From Macrostomum lignano (lineage: Eukaryota), in NCBI GenBank assembly GCA_002269645.1, contig NIVC01002307.1, forward strand, positions 62,001-126,000: a stretch of 64,000 nucleotides of DNA, in the 5' to 3' direction. Within the stretch, counting starts at the first letter, position 1; each line of letters starts with the position of its first letter. Positions 48,001 through 59,990 of the stretch are shown here, piece by piece. The notes under the pieces are model-generated. The model did no database searches. It saw nothing but the letters and a program-made list of their open reading frames with translations, and was not told the origin of the DNA. The position numbers and the translations under genes were made by a program.

Positions 48001-49498
48001 TAAAAAACGCGCAGACCTGATGGACCGATCGGACGAGTCGGCGCTGACCGCCGGCACCGTAGTCTGCGGCAACATTAGCAAAGCGCTGCGCAGGCGTCGC
48101 AGTCCGCAGTCTGGCGGCGGTGGCAGCAGCGGCGCGTCGACAGCCACCGCGGCGGCGGCGTCGTCGTCGCTGTCTTCGCCTGGCGGATTCGAGCGTCGGC
48201 CGCAGACGGCTGCCGGGGCTTTCTTTGCTAGACGCAGCGCCGCATGTTTTGGGCAGCAACAGCAGAGAGGACAGCAGCAGCAGCAGCAGTCCAGACAAAA
48301 GATAACGGAATTCAAAGACGACGAAACCTTTGACAGGGACCACGCTAAACTGGTCGAGGAACTGAAAAGCTGGAAGGTTGAATATGAAAAGTGAGTTATG
48401 CACTGCTTTTGAAGCCCCCGCTGATGTCCCTTCCTGAACCTTTGCTGATGTCCCTTCCTGAACCCCTGCTGATGTCCCTCCTGAACCCCTGCTGATGTCC
48501 TTCCTCAACCCCTGCTGATGTCCCTCCTCAACCCCTGCTGATGTCCCTCCTGAACCCCTGCTGATGTCCCTCCTGAATCCCTGCTGATGTCCCTCCTCAA
48601 CCCCTGCTGATGTCCCTCCTGAATCCTTGCTGATGTCCCTCCTGAATCCTTGCTGATGTCCCTTCCGGAACCCCTGCTGATGTCCCTTCCTGAACCCCTG
48701 CTGATGTCCCTCCTGAACCCCTGCTGATGTCCCTCCTGAACCCTTGCTGATGTCCCACCTGAACCCCTGCTGATGTCCCTCCTGAACCCCTGCTGATGTC
48801 CTTCCTCAACCCCTGCTGATGTCCCTCCTGAATCCCTGCTGATGTCCCTCCTCAACCCCTGCTGATGTCCCTCCTGAATCCTTGCTGATGTCCCTTCCGG
48901 AACCCCTGCTGATGTCCCTTCCTGAACCCCTGCTGATGTCCCTCCTGAACCCCTGCTGATGTCCCTCCTGAACCCCTGCTGATGTCCCTCCTGAACCCCT
49001 GCTGATGTCCCTCCTGAACCTTTGCTGATGTCCCTCCTGAATTTCTGCTGATGTTCCAACCTTCGCCTCCCTCGCCCCAGATCCGTCCGCCGGATTCGCA
49101 GCGAGCGCGCCCCCCAGGTGCTGGCGGTCACCCACGACGAGAGCGTCGAGCTCGGCTGCTCCGACGATGACGACGACGACGTTGATGACGAAGATGCACC
49201 GACCGGGAACGACGCTAGACCGCCGGCTGCCGCCGCCGCCGCCTCCGCCGCCCGGCCAGTCCCCGACCCAGACAGCGCGCGCTCTTCGCCGCCATCCTCG
49301 GCCAGCTCCGGCTCACTGTTCCACCGGGGCTCGTCGAATCCGTTCGCCACCGCCACAGGCGGCAGGCCGCACACTGCCGCCGACTTGGCACCGCTGGCCG
49401 CGTCGTCCTCGCTGAGCTCCCGGCTGCGGCGTCAAATGCCGACTGGCGGGCCGGCCGGCGGCCTCCTGCCGAACCGGCTGTCCCTGAACTCCAAGTAG
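45068..49498 (+). CDS. LRRC56: Leucine-rich repeat protein 56 (ODA8-like, ciliary dynein assembly), 602 aa; exons 45068..45090, 45181..45295, 46065..46393, 46705..46819, 47199..47631, 48015..48390, 49081..49498
   Basis: LSPRRL, LEMQVDT..SLGNFGVHLPNL, LDLEGN, YNYREEV..LPSLQCLDDVP and VCGNISKALRRR match the LRRC56 pattern. All phases are consistent. Confidence 0.9.
45581..45817. mobile_element. tRNA-SINE family B: minus-strand tail fragment (45581-~45645) plus a plus-strand copy (~45655-45817)
   Basis: B-box-like GGCTCGATTCC at 45692-702; the tail CCAAGGCAC..TGTACATGCCTRACGA is shared with 46460-46635. Confidence 0.55.
46460..46635 (-). mobile_element. tRNA-SINE family B copy in LRRC56 intron 3
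   Basis: The minus strand reads TGTGGTAAACGCGTCTGACTTTAG..GGTTCGATTCC (tRNA-like head) followed by the shared tail. Confidence 0.65.
47700..47960. repeat. Degenerate ~21-22 bp AT-rich repeat (TAAACCCGGAAATTTTAATAG..) in LRRC56 intron 5
   Basis: About 10 diverged copies. Confidence 0.75.
48415..49056 (+). repeat. ~22-24 bp minisatellite CCCCTGCTGATGTCCCTCCTGAA in LRRC56 intron 6
   Basis: About 27 copies fill the intron from ~25 nt after the donor to ~25 nt before the acceptor. Confidence 0.96.
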
Positions 49499-50992
49499 GA
49501 TGCGGGCACCGAGGACCGCCGTCTGACTGAAAATCGGCTCCTGGGGTTTCCTTTTTGGGATCCGACGTATGCTCTTCATTCCGATCAATTCCGGAGAATC
49601 GCCTTAACTATTGTCAGTTATTTCTTAAAATCTGCCCAACATCGCTTCAACCCATTTCTTATAATCGCCTTAACGAATTTCTAAGAATGGCCTCTAACTA
49701 ATTTCTTAGAATCCCTCCAACCAGTTTCTTAGAATCTCCCTGGAATCCCTTCAACCAGTTTCTTAGAATCTCCCTGGAATACCTTCAACGAGTTTCTTAG
49801 AATCTCCCTAGAATCCCTCTAAATAGTTTCTTTTTAATTTGCTCCAACCAATTTATTAGAATCATCCCTAGTTAATGCCGGAAAAACACCGTAACCGATT
49901 CCTGGAGAATCGCTCTCCAACAAATCCTGTTGAGAAAGTGCCTTTCAAAGTTGATTTAAGAACCGCTTGCTTCGAACAAATTAGTTCAAGGTGCAAGTCG
50001 TTTTGTTTAATTTCGTGGATTCAAAACCATTATTTAACTTATTAGTTAAGCAACATCGATATCAGATTTTATTATTGTTAACTTTAGTCCAACAAAGGTT
50101 TTGCTTCAGAATGGTTTTTGTCTGCTTTCTAAGAAAATCGTGTTTAAGAAGTAGTACTGCAGACAGCCCTACAAACTGTATTTGCAATTGGGCTGCATGC
50201 GCGATTCGTCTCATTGTTTTTTTTCCTGTAAATTTCCTGCCAATAATTAAACTGATATGCCTATGTTGATTTTCGTCAACCTAGCTTAATAAATGTCTCA
50301 ATGTACTTTTTATTTTTAGATTTGCTACTAAGTAAGTACTTATACGGATCGCATGTGCCTGCGCTTAACAATATCCGTCCATGCTTAATTATTTTCAAAG
50401 ATTTCCTGTTCGTCTTTTTTCACGCTTCGCTTTTAGTTTTTCGTATTTGGTGCTGCCTGTTGGTCTAACTTGCTTCTCCGTCCAAGTGAACCAATGAATG
50501 CGCTCGGCTTATGTTTTGGAGCGCGGGTTTTGTGTCACCTGAGAGTCTGAAATTTAGTTTCTAAAATAATATCTGAATTTAAAATATGCCTCTTTTTCGT
50601 TCTGCGATTTTCTGTTTTTTTAAAGATATCGTAGCTCTTCTCTTACCTTTTTGTTGTTCCGTGCCTTTTAGTATAACAACAAGCGAGACAAAGCTTTACA
50701 AATTCTTTTTACTATAGATTAGAAGTAGAATTAACTTACTATTTGCTTGCAATTACCTTTGCTGCCCCAAGTTCTTAGCTGTTCAACTGCTGACTGGTGA
50801 TGAGAATTACAAGCAGACTCAATCTGTGCCTTGAATTGTCAATGTTTACTACTTCTATAAAAGTTGTTTTAAGTATTTTTAATTACCACAATGTTTTCTT
50901 GTGAATTTATAACAGGTTAACAGTTCATGTAGGCTGTTGAGTATGCTCGAAGTCAGTGATTCAATTTAGGTTTCGAATATAACTTTTCGTTA

Positions 50993-51272
50993 ATAATAAT
51001 AAACAACCGACAGCTCAGCCGCAGCTATTGCGCGGCGCATCTGAAGGCTGCGTACGGCTGTTCAGTCCAAGGACTGGGGGGGGGGGGGTCGCCACACACA
51101 CCCTCAATTACCCCAGCTAATGCTGGCACCCATTTTACAGCTGGGTGAACTGAAGCAATGCAGAGTCAAGTGTCTTTGCTCAAGGACACAAATTGTTCCA
51201 GTGAGATCAGGAATCGAACCCCCGACCTTTAAGTCGTAAGTCCGACGCTCTAACCACTAGGCTACAACCCCC
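50993..51272 (-). mobile_element. tRNA-derived CORE-like SINE (family A), copy 2
   Basis: Highly similar to 23617-23880, with a (TTA)n tail at 50993-51003. Confidence 0.9.
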
Positions 51273-52813
51273 TACTAGGCTACAAACCCCCACTAGGCTA
51301 CAAACCCCCACTAGGCTACAACCCCCCCCCCACTAGGCTACAACCCCCCCACTAGGCTACAAACCCCCACTAGGCTATAACCCCCCCCCACTAGGCTACA
51401 ACCCCCCACTAGGCTACAAACCCCCACTAGGCTACAACCCCCACTAGGCTACAAACCCCCAATAGGCTACAACCCCCCACTAGGCTACAACCCCCACTAG
51501 GCTACAAACCTCCACTAGGCTACAACCCCCCACTAGGCTACAACCCCCCCCCACTAGGCTACAAACCCCCACTAGGCTACAAACCCCCACTAGGCTACAA
51601 ACCCCCACTAGGCTACAACCCCCATACTAGGCTACAAACCCCCACTAGGCTACAACCCCCCCCCCACTAGGCTACAACCCCCCACTAGGCTACAAACCCC
51701 CACTAGGCTACAAACCCCCACTAGGCTACAACCCCCAATACGCTACAACCCCCCAATAGGCTACAAACCCCCAATAGGCTACTACCCCCACTAGGCTACA
51801 ACCCTCCACTAGGCTACAACCCCCACTAGGCTACATCCCCCACTAGGCTACAACCCCCCAATACGCTACAACCCCCCAATAGGCTACAAACCCCCAATAG
51901 GCTACTACCCCCAATAGGCTACAACCCCCACTAGGCTACAACCCCCTGATAGGCTACAATCCCCCACTAGGCTACAACCCCCACTAGACTACAACCCCCA
52001 CTAGGCTACAAACCCCCACTAGGCTACAAACCCACACTAGGTTACAAACCCCCACTAGGCTACAACCCCCACTAGGCTACAACCCCCCCACTAGGCTACA
52101 ACCCCCCACTAGGCTACAACCCCCCCACTAGGCTACAAACCCCCACTAGGCTACAAACCCCCACTAGGTTACAAACCCCCACTAGGCTACAACCCCCCAC
52201 TAGGCTACAACCCCCCCACTAGGTTACAAACCCCCACTAGGCTACAACCCCCCACTAGGCTACAACCCCCCACTAGGCTACAACCCCCCACTAGGCTACA
52301 ACCCCCACTAGGCTACAACCCCCCACTAGGCTACAACCCCCACTAGGCTACAACCCCCCCACTAGGCTACAACCCCCACTAGGCTACAACCCCCCCACTA
52401 GGTTACAAACCCCCACTAGGCTACAACCCCCCACTAGGCTACAACCCCCCACTAGGCTACAACCCCCCACTAGGCTACAACCCCCCACTAGGTTACAAAC
52501 CCCCACTAGGCTACAACCCCCCACTAGGCTACAACCCCCACTAGGCTACAACCCCCCCACTAGGCTACAACCCCCTACTAGGCTACAACCCCCCCACTAG
52601 GCTACAACCCCCCACTAGGCTACAACCCCCCCCCACTAGGCTACAACCCCCCACTAGGCTACAACCCCCCACTAGGTTACAAACCCCCACTAGGCTACAA
52701 CCCCCCACTAGGCTACAACCCCCCCACTAGGCTACAACCCCCACTAGGCTACAACCCCCCACTAGGCTACAACCCCCCACTAGGCTACAACCCCCCACTA
52801 GGCTACAAACCCC
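51255..52813. repeat. ~17-22 bp minisatellite (C)nACTAGGCTACAA derived from the SINE head
   Basis: About 80 copies are contiguous with the SINE 5' end. The unit is the reverse complement of TTGTAGCCTAGTGG (A-box). Confidence 0.96.
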
Positions 52814-52928
52814 TGTAGCCTAGCTTTTCGTTAATGGAAGTTTAATATTCAATAACTTCAAATCATCAAATCGAATCAAACTACGAGTAAAGTTTTCCAA
52901 ACATCACATTGCATGTCAAGATTAACTA

Positions 52929-55900
52929 ATGGACGATATTCATCGCAATGCCCTGCTGAAGGCTCGCTGCGTGCTGGTCAGTCAGCTGGTAGCGGACAAT
53001 AAGCTTTGGGGCCTGCTACTAGAGAGAAAGGTGTTCACCAAGCCAATGCTGGAGCGAATCCTCGGCCAAGGAACTCCGCACGAGCGACGCCAACAACTGA
53101 TGGACGACCTGCCTAGACGCGGTCCGGACGCATTCGGCCAGTTTCTGGGCATCCTTCGCGACACCAGACAGCAGGACCTGGCGGACTATCTTGACGGCAT
53201 GGACCGGCACCTCAGGCACGGCCATCCGCTGCCGTCGGAGCCGCGGCCGCAGCCCAGACCGCCATCGGGGCCGAGTCAGCCAGCGCAGCCATCGCAGCCG
53301 CAGGATGATCCGTCTCGAAGGCCGTCAGTCGACCGTTCAGTCAGTCGAATAGGCGTGACCAACCAACCCAACATCCCCGATGACGTTCTGTCTGTACAGG
53401 AGGTAAGACGTTACTTAGCTGCCTACTGTATTATGTTATTTGCCTTTAGTTTATTCGTACTCACCAAGGGGGAGGGGGATTCTCTGGTGTCATCTGTTGA
53501 AGGTGCCGACGGCGTCGGGGTGATGACAGAATGCTTGAGAGACTAGATGAGAATGTCCAGCAGTTGAGGTTTGCCCACTGTCGAGGCTTGATCAGTGACA
53601 TCAGGGTGTTCATAGTCACCTGGTGCCAGCTGTTGAAGGTCCAGAAGCTCCGCCTGGGTGAAGACCAGCGACCAGTGAAGTCAGAGCTGAGTCAGGCACA
53701 TGTGGTCGACGTGCTGATGAACTTTGGAGGCTTGGCAAGGCTGCACTGAGGCACAGGGGTGTACTGAATACACTGGCGCTTATGGAAAAATTCGACCTTC
53801 TGGCAGAATCGTCGAATATCTCGACGGACCGGAGGGCTGGCGACTTGATTCTTGTTTAATAAGAGGGTGCGCAACAAAATAGTTTTCTGTGCCTGCGTTG
53901 CTTCGTTTCGGCGCAGCAAAAAATTGTCTGCTGTTAACATTTCACATTGAATCCTGAATCCTCTGCAGGTACTGGAACACCATGAGGATGGCCTGGAAGA
54001 GTTGAACTTTCACACCTGCGGCATCATTGACAGTACTGAGCTGATGCCTCAACCGGTGACGCAGCAGCACCTGACGGAGAAGAGCAAGAATGATTGGGAA
54101 TTCACATACCAGCTCCGCTCCAATCCGAAGGGTCTGCTGCTCATCATTAGCAATCGAGATTTCGTTAAGAAGAGTAAACGAACCGGAACGGAAGTCGACT
54201 GCGAGAACCTGACTCGCGTGTTCAAGAACCTTGGCTATGAGCTCTATAGGAACCAGGTTTTTAATGACAAAACGGCCGCAGAGATGAAGAGTCTCTGTCG
54301 CGAGTAAGTTTCGAAAACAGTTAAAGTTAAAAAAAACTGCAAAGTGATGACACGTTTAACACGATAGAAGTCGCGCTTAACCTTCATCTCACTCGCAGTT
54401 TCATCTTGGACCCCAGACACGAAAGCCTGGACTCCTGTGTTTTGTGCATTCTCTCTCACGGCGATCAAGGCGGTGTGATCTACGGCAGAGATGACCTCCC
54501 GGCGACCGAGGACGAGCTGTTCGAGCACTTCAACAGCGACCGATGCAAGCTGCACAACAAGCCCAAGCTGGTCATTATCCAGGCCTGCCGCGGCTCCATG
54601 AAAGACAAAGGCCACATTTTTGATCAAGTGAGCTGGCTGCTCGTCCAAGTTCGAGCGTTATTTATCCGAAATTACAGATTCAGTTCTGCAGCATATCAAC
54701 CTCAAGTGCTCCATCAGCATTTAAATCTCAAGTTGCTCCATCAGCATCTGACCTCATGTTGCTCCATCAGCATCTGACTTCAAGTTGCTCCATCAGCATT
54801 TAAACCTCATGTTGCTCCATCAACATCTGACTTCAAGTTGCTCCATCAGCATTTAAACCTCAAGTTGCTCCATCAGCATTTAAACCTCATGTTGCTCCAT
54901 CAGCATTTAACCCTCAAGTTGCTCCATCAGCATCTGATCTCAAGTTGCTCCATCAGCATCTGATCTCAAGTTGCTCCATCAGCATCTGACCTGCAGTATC
55001 CATTAGAAACCTATGTTTTAACCTTCAGCATTCATTAGAAACCTGTGTTCTAACCTGCAGCATCCATTAGAAACCTGTGTTCTAACCTGCAGCATCCATT
55101 AGAAACCTGTGTTCTAACCTGCAGCATCCATTAGAAACCTGTGTTCTAACCTGCAGCATCCATTAGAAACCTGTGTTCTAACCTGCAGCATCCATTAGAA
55201 ACCTGTGTTCTAACCTGCAGCATCCATTAGAAACCTGTGTTCTAACCTGCAGCATCCATTAGAAACCTGTGTTCTAACCTGCAGCATCCATTAGAAACCT
55301 GTGTTCTAACCTGCAGCATCCATTAGAAACCTGTGTTCTAACCTGCAGCATCCATTAGAAACCTGTGCTCTAACCTGCAGCATCCATTAGAAACCTGTGT
55401 TCTAACCTGCAGCATCCATTAGAAACCTGTGCTCTAACCTGCAGCATCCATTAGAAACCTGTGCTCTAACCTGCAGCATCCATTAGAAACCTGTGCTCTA
55501 ACCTGCAGCATCCATTAGAAACCTGTGTTCTAACCTGCAGCATCCATTAGAAACCTGTGCTCTAACCTGCAGCATCCATTAGAAACCTGTGCTCTAACCT
55601 GCAGCATCCATTAGAAACCTGTGTTCTAACCTGCAGCATTTATTAGAAACCTGTGTTCTAACCTGCAGCATCCATTAGAAACCTGTGCTCTAACCTGCAG
55701 CATCCATTAGAAACCTGTGCTCTAACCTGCAGCATCCATTAGAAACCTGTGTTTTGTCAAGCCTAAAAGCATCCCCTACTGTTCCAGACTGACTCGGCAT
55801 CGGGAGATAAAACAGACCAAACAACTGTTCAGAAGATTATCCACAGCCTGCAGGAGGAAAACTACAGCGACACGATGGACTTGGAGAAGCGAGTGCCTCT

Positions 55901-56153
55901 CTATGCGGACATTGTGTTCGCGCATTCCACCACGCCAGGTTTCGTATCCTGGCGGCACGAGCTCCGAGGCAGCTGGTTCATTCAGACCATTGCCAAGACT
56001 TTTGCAGCCTACGCTCACGAGGAGCACGTGTTTGACATGCTGACCACCGTGAACAGGATCGTGACGGAAACGTTCGGCGGGAGGCTGGGATACGTCTCCA
56101 TGCCGCATCCCATCAGCAGGCTGAGGAAGAAGTTCTACTTCTTTCCTAAGTAG
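52929..56153 (+). CDS. CASP2: CARD-containing initiator caspase (caspase-2-like), 467 aa; exons 52929..53402, 53969..54303, 54399..54627, 55788..56153
   Basis: CARD (HRNALL..LV..LL..LPRRGPDAFGQFL.IL), KGLLLIISN, ILSHG, QACRG, linker DQTD|S, SWRHELRGSWFIQ and LRKKFYFFP. Phases are consistent; orthology to CASP2 versus CASP9 is inferred. Confidence 0.88.
54700..54990 (+). repeat. 27-bp minisatellite TCAAGTTGCTCCATCAGCAT(TTAAACC/CTGAC) in caspase intron 3
   Basis: About 10 copies. Confidence 0.93.
54990..55752 (+). repeat. 32-bp minisatellite CCATTAGAAACCTGTGTTCTAACCTGCAGCAT in caspase intron 3
   Basis: About 23 near-identical copies with period 32. Confidence 0.97.
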
Positions 56154-57424
56154 AGTTCTTTGAGCAACTCTCTATTGAGCGTTGATTTTAATGTAATTGT
56201 TTTGATTCCCTGCCAAACTTTTCGCGTTAACAATAATAAAATTCAATGACAAAGCGGCACTTATGATTTCGAAATCAATTCTCTTAATTCTATACATGTG
56301 GCTCAAACAAACCTTTGCATCGATACGTGTCTTCCTAGTGAGTAATTACAGTTTGTAAAGCCGGTTTAATTCTATTCAAGCCATTCATTCATTGTCTGTA
56401 TAATTAATCTCAATGCAAGTTTACTACGAGCGTATTTAACCAATTATTTCTTTGTTGATATATGATTGCTATTACAGTATTTATGCTACAAGTCAGTATA
56501 CAGTACTGTATAATCGTTATTCAGAACTTGCCAAGCTAAAGCAGAAGTACTTGAGTTCGAGTCTTTCAAAGTACAATTTCTTTCCAACAGATCGGCTGAG
56601 AGTTCTAGGGTAATTTTTTTCATACTGCGTCGCTTTCTGGAGCTCTGGAGCTGACGGGGTCTTTGATGTTGAGAATGCCAACTTGAGCACAAATATTTCG
56701 ACAAGGAATGTCTAAATGGTGAGATATAGAGAGAGGAATCGTTGAATATCTCGACGGTCTTGAAGGCTGGCAACTTGACTTGATTGTTGTTTGAGAAGGT
56801 GCGCAGCAAAAAAAATAGCTGGCGTTTTTTTCAAATTTTTTGTTCTGCGTGGCTCCTCTCCAATGCAGCAGAAAATTAATTGTCTCAGTATAATAACGGT
56901 ATAACGAATAAAAAAAATGGCTTGAAATTCCTGCTGTTAATGCGACGACTGTTAGAGCAGAACAACTGAGATTTCTACAGTCACACACCGGCGAAATTGA
57001 TCTGAAATGCGATTTCCAACTAGATTGTCACGCCTCCATTGCCGCTTTTTAGGAATTGAGAATTCAATTCCATTTGTTAAATTGATTTTATCACTTTGCA
57101 TTGCATTATAAGCTCGTATCTAAAAATTGAAAAATCGTTTTCTCCTTTTCTATTAGCCTAGTTCGATTCCCCTAAATAACCGATTTTAGTAAGGACCCGG
57201 AGAAATGTATAAATACTCGTAATAATAAACTAAGTTTAATTTAAACATGAAAAGTATGTCATTTGTCCTGTTTTCCTCAAGGAAAAATCATTTGCCACTA
57301 TAAGATTTATTTTTCATTTCGCATGCTTTTTAAAACCTCTGATCCGTTAGTTCTTGAGATAGTTATTGTTCTATCAGTAAAAGCAAAAATAGTTTAGCTT
57401 TGATCTTTTTCCTTGTCTTCTTAC

Positions 57425-57931
57425 TCAGTCGAACGGTGACAAGCATTTGCACAGCACGGCCTTGAAGTACACATCAGTCTCCGCCACGTCGGATAAACCA
57501 GTTTTGAAACTCCATCTGGCGGCGCAGTTTTCAATTCCATTGAAGTTGTTCGGCTCACCGGTGCCCCAGAGACTGGCGCTCAGGCTGTTTCCGCATCTGT
57601 CCAAGATCCAACCGCTGCCAGGCTCTTGGCTGCCTGTGAGCTGCCGACCGCCTAGGAAAAAGCCGCCGGGAAAGAGCCTGATATACTTTGCAATGAACAA
57701 AGCGTCAATGTGGCTCATCTCGTCCTGGCTGGAGATGTCAGCCGCGACAGTGAGGCCCTGCTCGTCATTGTTGCATCTATTTGTGCCCGAAGTCCAATCG
57801 CTGGTTGGGAGCATCCGGTACTTTGCGTCGCAGAAACTGTCTCCGTAGCTTGTCGGACAGAGCAGACCCGGGGAAAGTCCTGGCAGCTGTCTGCGGTGAT
57901 TGTCATGGGTGTCATGACAGTGCGGGAGCAA
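57425..57931 (-). CDS. C-type lectin domain (EPN motif); 5' end unresolved
   Basis: CPTSYG..WTSGTNRC..FFLGG..W..LWGTGEPNNFNGIENCAA..LSD..VLCK shows the CTLD Cys/WIGL-like/EPN pattern. Confidence 0.75.
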   Translation of the reverse strand: MLPHCHDTHDNHRRQLPGLSPGLLCPTSYGDSFCDAKYRMLPTSDWTSGTNRCNNDEQGLTVAADISSQDEMSHIDALFIAKYIRLFPGGFFLGGRQLTGSQEPGSGWILDRCGNSLSASLWGTGEPNNFNGIENCAARWSFKTGLSDVAETDVYFKAVLCKCLSPFD

Positions 57932-58480
57932 ACACCGCGACTATACTGAGAGACACTGCGTTCGGCTTCCTGTTGGAGATTTCTCAGCTAGAACACTAAT
58001 TATAGCATTTTGCAGTCTAGTTGTGAACAGTGGCCTTTTCGAACATTCTTCTCTCCCTGTCGCGAGGAGAGTAGCGACATCTGACGGATAACCTAAATTC
58101 ATTATTAAATCCTTATTTCCCCGGGAAGCCCTCTGGTAGAGAATGGCCCTTTTAGAGCCATTAGAAACCAGGCGTTAGCGTTGGTTCTGTTCTTTGAACT
58201 GCCCTTCCCAAAACGTGCTAAAATTGATCATCCTCCTCTTAACTTAACCGTTGCTATGGATCTCTTGAGATATCTATGGCCGAACTTTTACAAGGCGCGA
58301 GCTACATCAGGAATGAAATAATGTAAAATAATTGGCAGTGAATTTTTATGTTACCTCCTATACATAGTAGCTTTTCTGAAAGCATGATTCAGGTAAATAC
58401 GAAAAACTCTTGTTCTCTTTTAACAATTGAGATTTATCATGCCGCTACAATTACGAACCTATAAAAGCTCAAAAACTGCC

Positions 58481-58807
58481 TCACTTCACGTAGACTCGAC
58501 CACGCTTGTTGCATTTGCAGTCGCGCACATTCCTGCTGCAACGGTCAAAGAGGAACAGCGTGCAGATGCCGGCTTCAATGCTGAAGGCTCGGCAGAGCCC
58601 TTCCTGGCCGCAGAAGAGCGCACACTGCTGACCTGAGCAGGCACCAATAGTTCTCACGTATCTGTCAGCAATGCAAAGCGAGCCGTTAATTGGAGTGAAT
58701 CTGTGCTGCTGTCGGGCTACATTTGGGCATGAAGACGATATCGTTGCGGTTACTATGGTAACGTAGTAGGTTGCCAAAACGATTACGGTCACTTTCGCGA
58801 GACTCAT
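58481..58807 (-). CDS. Signal peptide plus PAN/Apple-like domain exon (possibly the 5' exon of the lectin gene)
   Basis: MSLAKVTVIVLATYYVTIVTA, then CSGQQCALFCGQEGLCRAFSIEAGICTL; a GTGAGG donor overlaps the stop. Confidence 0.55.
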   Translation of the reverse strand: MSLAKVTVIVLATYYVTIVTATISSSCPNVARQQHRFTPINGSLCIADRYVRTIGACSGQQCALFCGQEGLCRAFSIEAGICTLFLFDRCSRNVRDCKCNKRGRVYVK

Positions 58808-58989
58808 TGTGGACTAGCTGCTAATAGATTTCTGTAATTCGATTTCTGACTTCATACATTAAATGCATCGCCGCGAGGTTAAAATTGATTGGATGCTTAT
58901 AACTATGGCTTTGCAGCTGTAGCGTATCAGAAGAAAAGCAAGTTAATTGGCTTGATTAATTGATCTGGAAATTTCCTGAATATTCTGCA

Positions 58990-59990
58990 CACTGAACACT
59001 GAACCAGCATGGGTAATGGTTGGATGACGAGAGCTACACACTGAACCAGCATGGGCAATGGTTGGATGACGAGACCAACACACTGAACCAGCATTGGGTA
59101 ATGGTTGGATGACGAGACCAACACACTGAACCAGCATGGGTAATGGTTGGATGACGAGAGCTACACACTGAACTAGCATGGGTAATGGTTGGATGACGAG
59201 ACCAACACACTGAACCAGCATTGGGTAATGGTTGGATGACGAGACCAACACACTGAACCAGCATTGGGTAATGGTTGGATGACGAGACCAACACACTGAA
59301 CCAGCATGGGTAATGGTTGGATGACGAGAGCTACACACTGAACTAGCATGGGTAATGGTTGGATGACGAGACCAACACACTGAACCAGCATTGGGTAATG
59401 GTTGGATGACGAGACCAACACACTGAACCAGCATTGGGTAATGGTTGGATGACGAGACCAACACACTGAACTAGCATGGGTAATGGTTGGATGACGAGAG
59501 CTACACACTGAACCAGCAAGGGTAATGGTTGGATGACGAGAGCTACACACTGAACCAGCATTGGGTAATGGTTGGATGACGAGACCAACACACTGAACCA
59601 GCATGGGTAATGGTTGGATGACGAGAGCTACACACTGAACTAGCATGGGTAATGGTTGGATGACGAGAGCTACACACTGAACCAGCAAGGGTAATGGTTG
59701 GATGACGAGAGCTACACACTGAACCAGCAAGGGTAATGGTTGGATGACGAGAGCTACACACTGAACCAGCATGGGTAATGGTTGGATGACGAGAGCTACA
59801 CACTGAACCAGCATGGGTAATGGTTGGATGACGAGAGCTACACACTGAACCAGCATGGGTAATGGTTGGATGACGAGAGCTACACACTGAACCAGCATGG
59901 GTAATGGTTGGATGACGAGAGCTACACACTGAACCAGCATGGGTAATGGTTGGATGACGAGAGCTACACACATGAACCAGCATGGGTAAG
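58990..59990. repeat. 42/43-bp minisatellite ACTGAACCAGCATGGGTAATGGTTGGATGACGAGAGCTACAC
   Basis: About 23 copies with two variant unit types. Confidence 0.97.

Noticed and set aside
27533-59990. Regular arrays as CRISPR
   Set aside because: There are no unique spacers or cas genes, and the context is eukaryotic.
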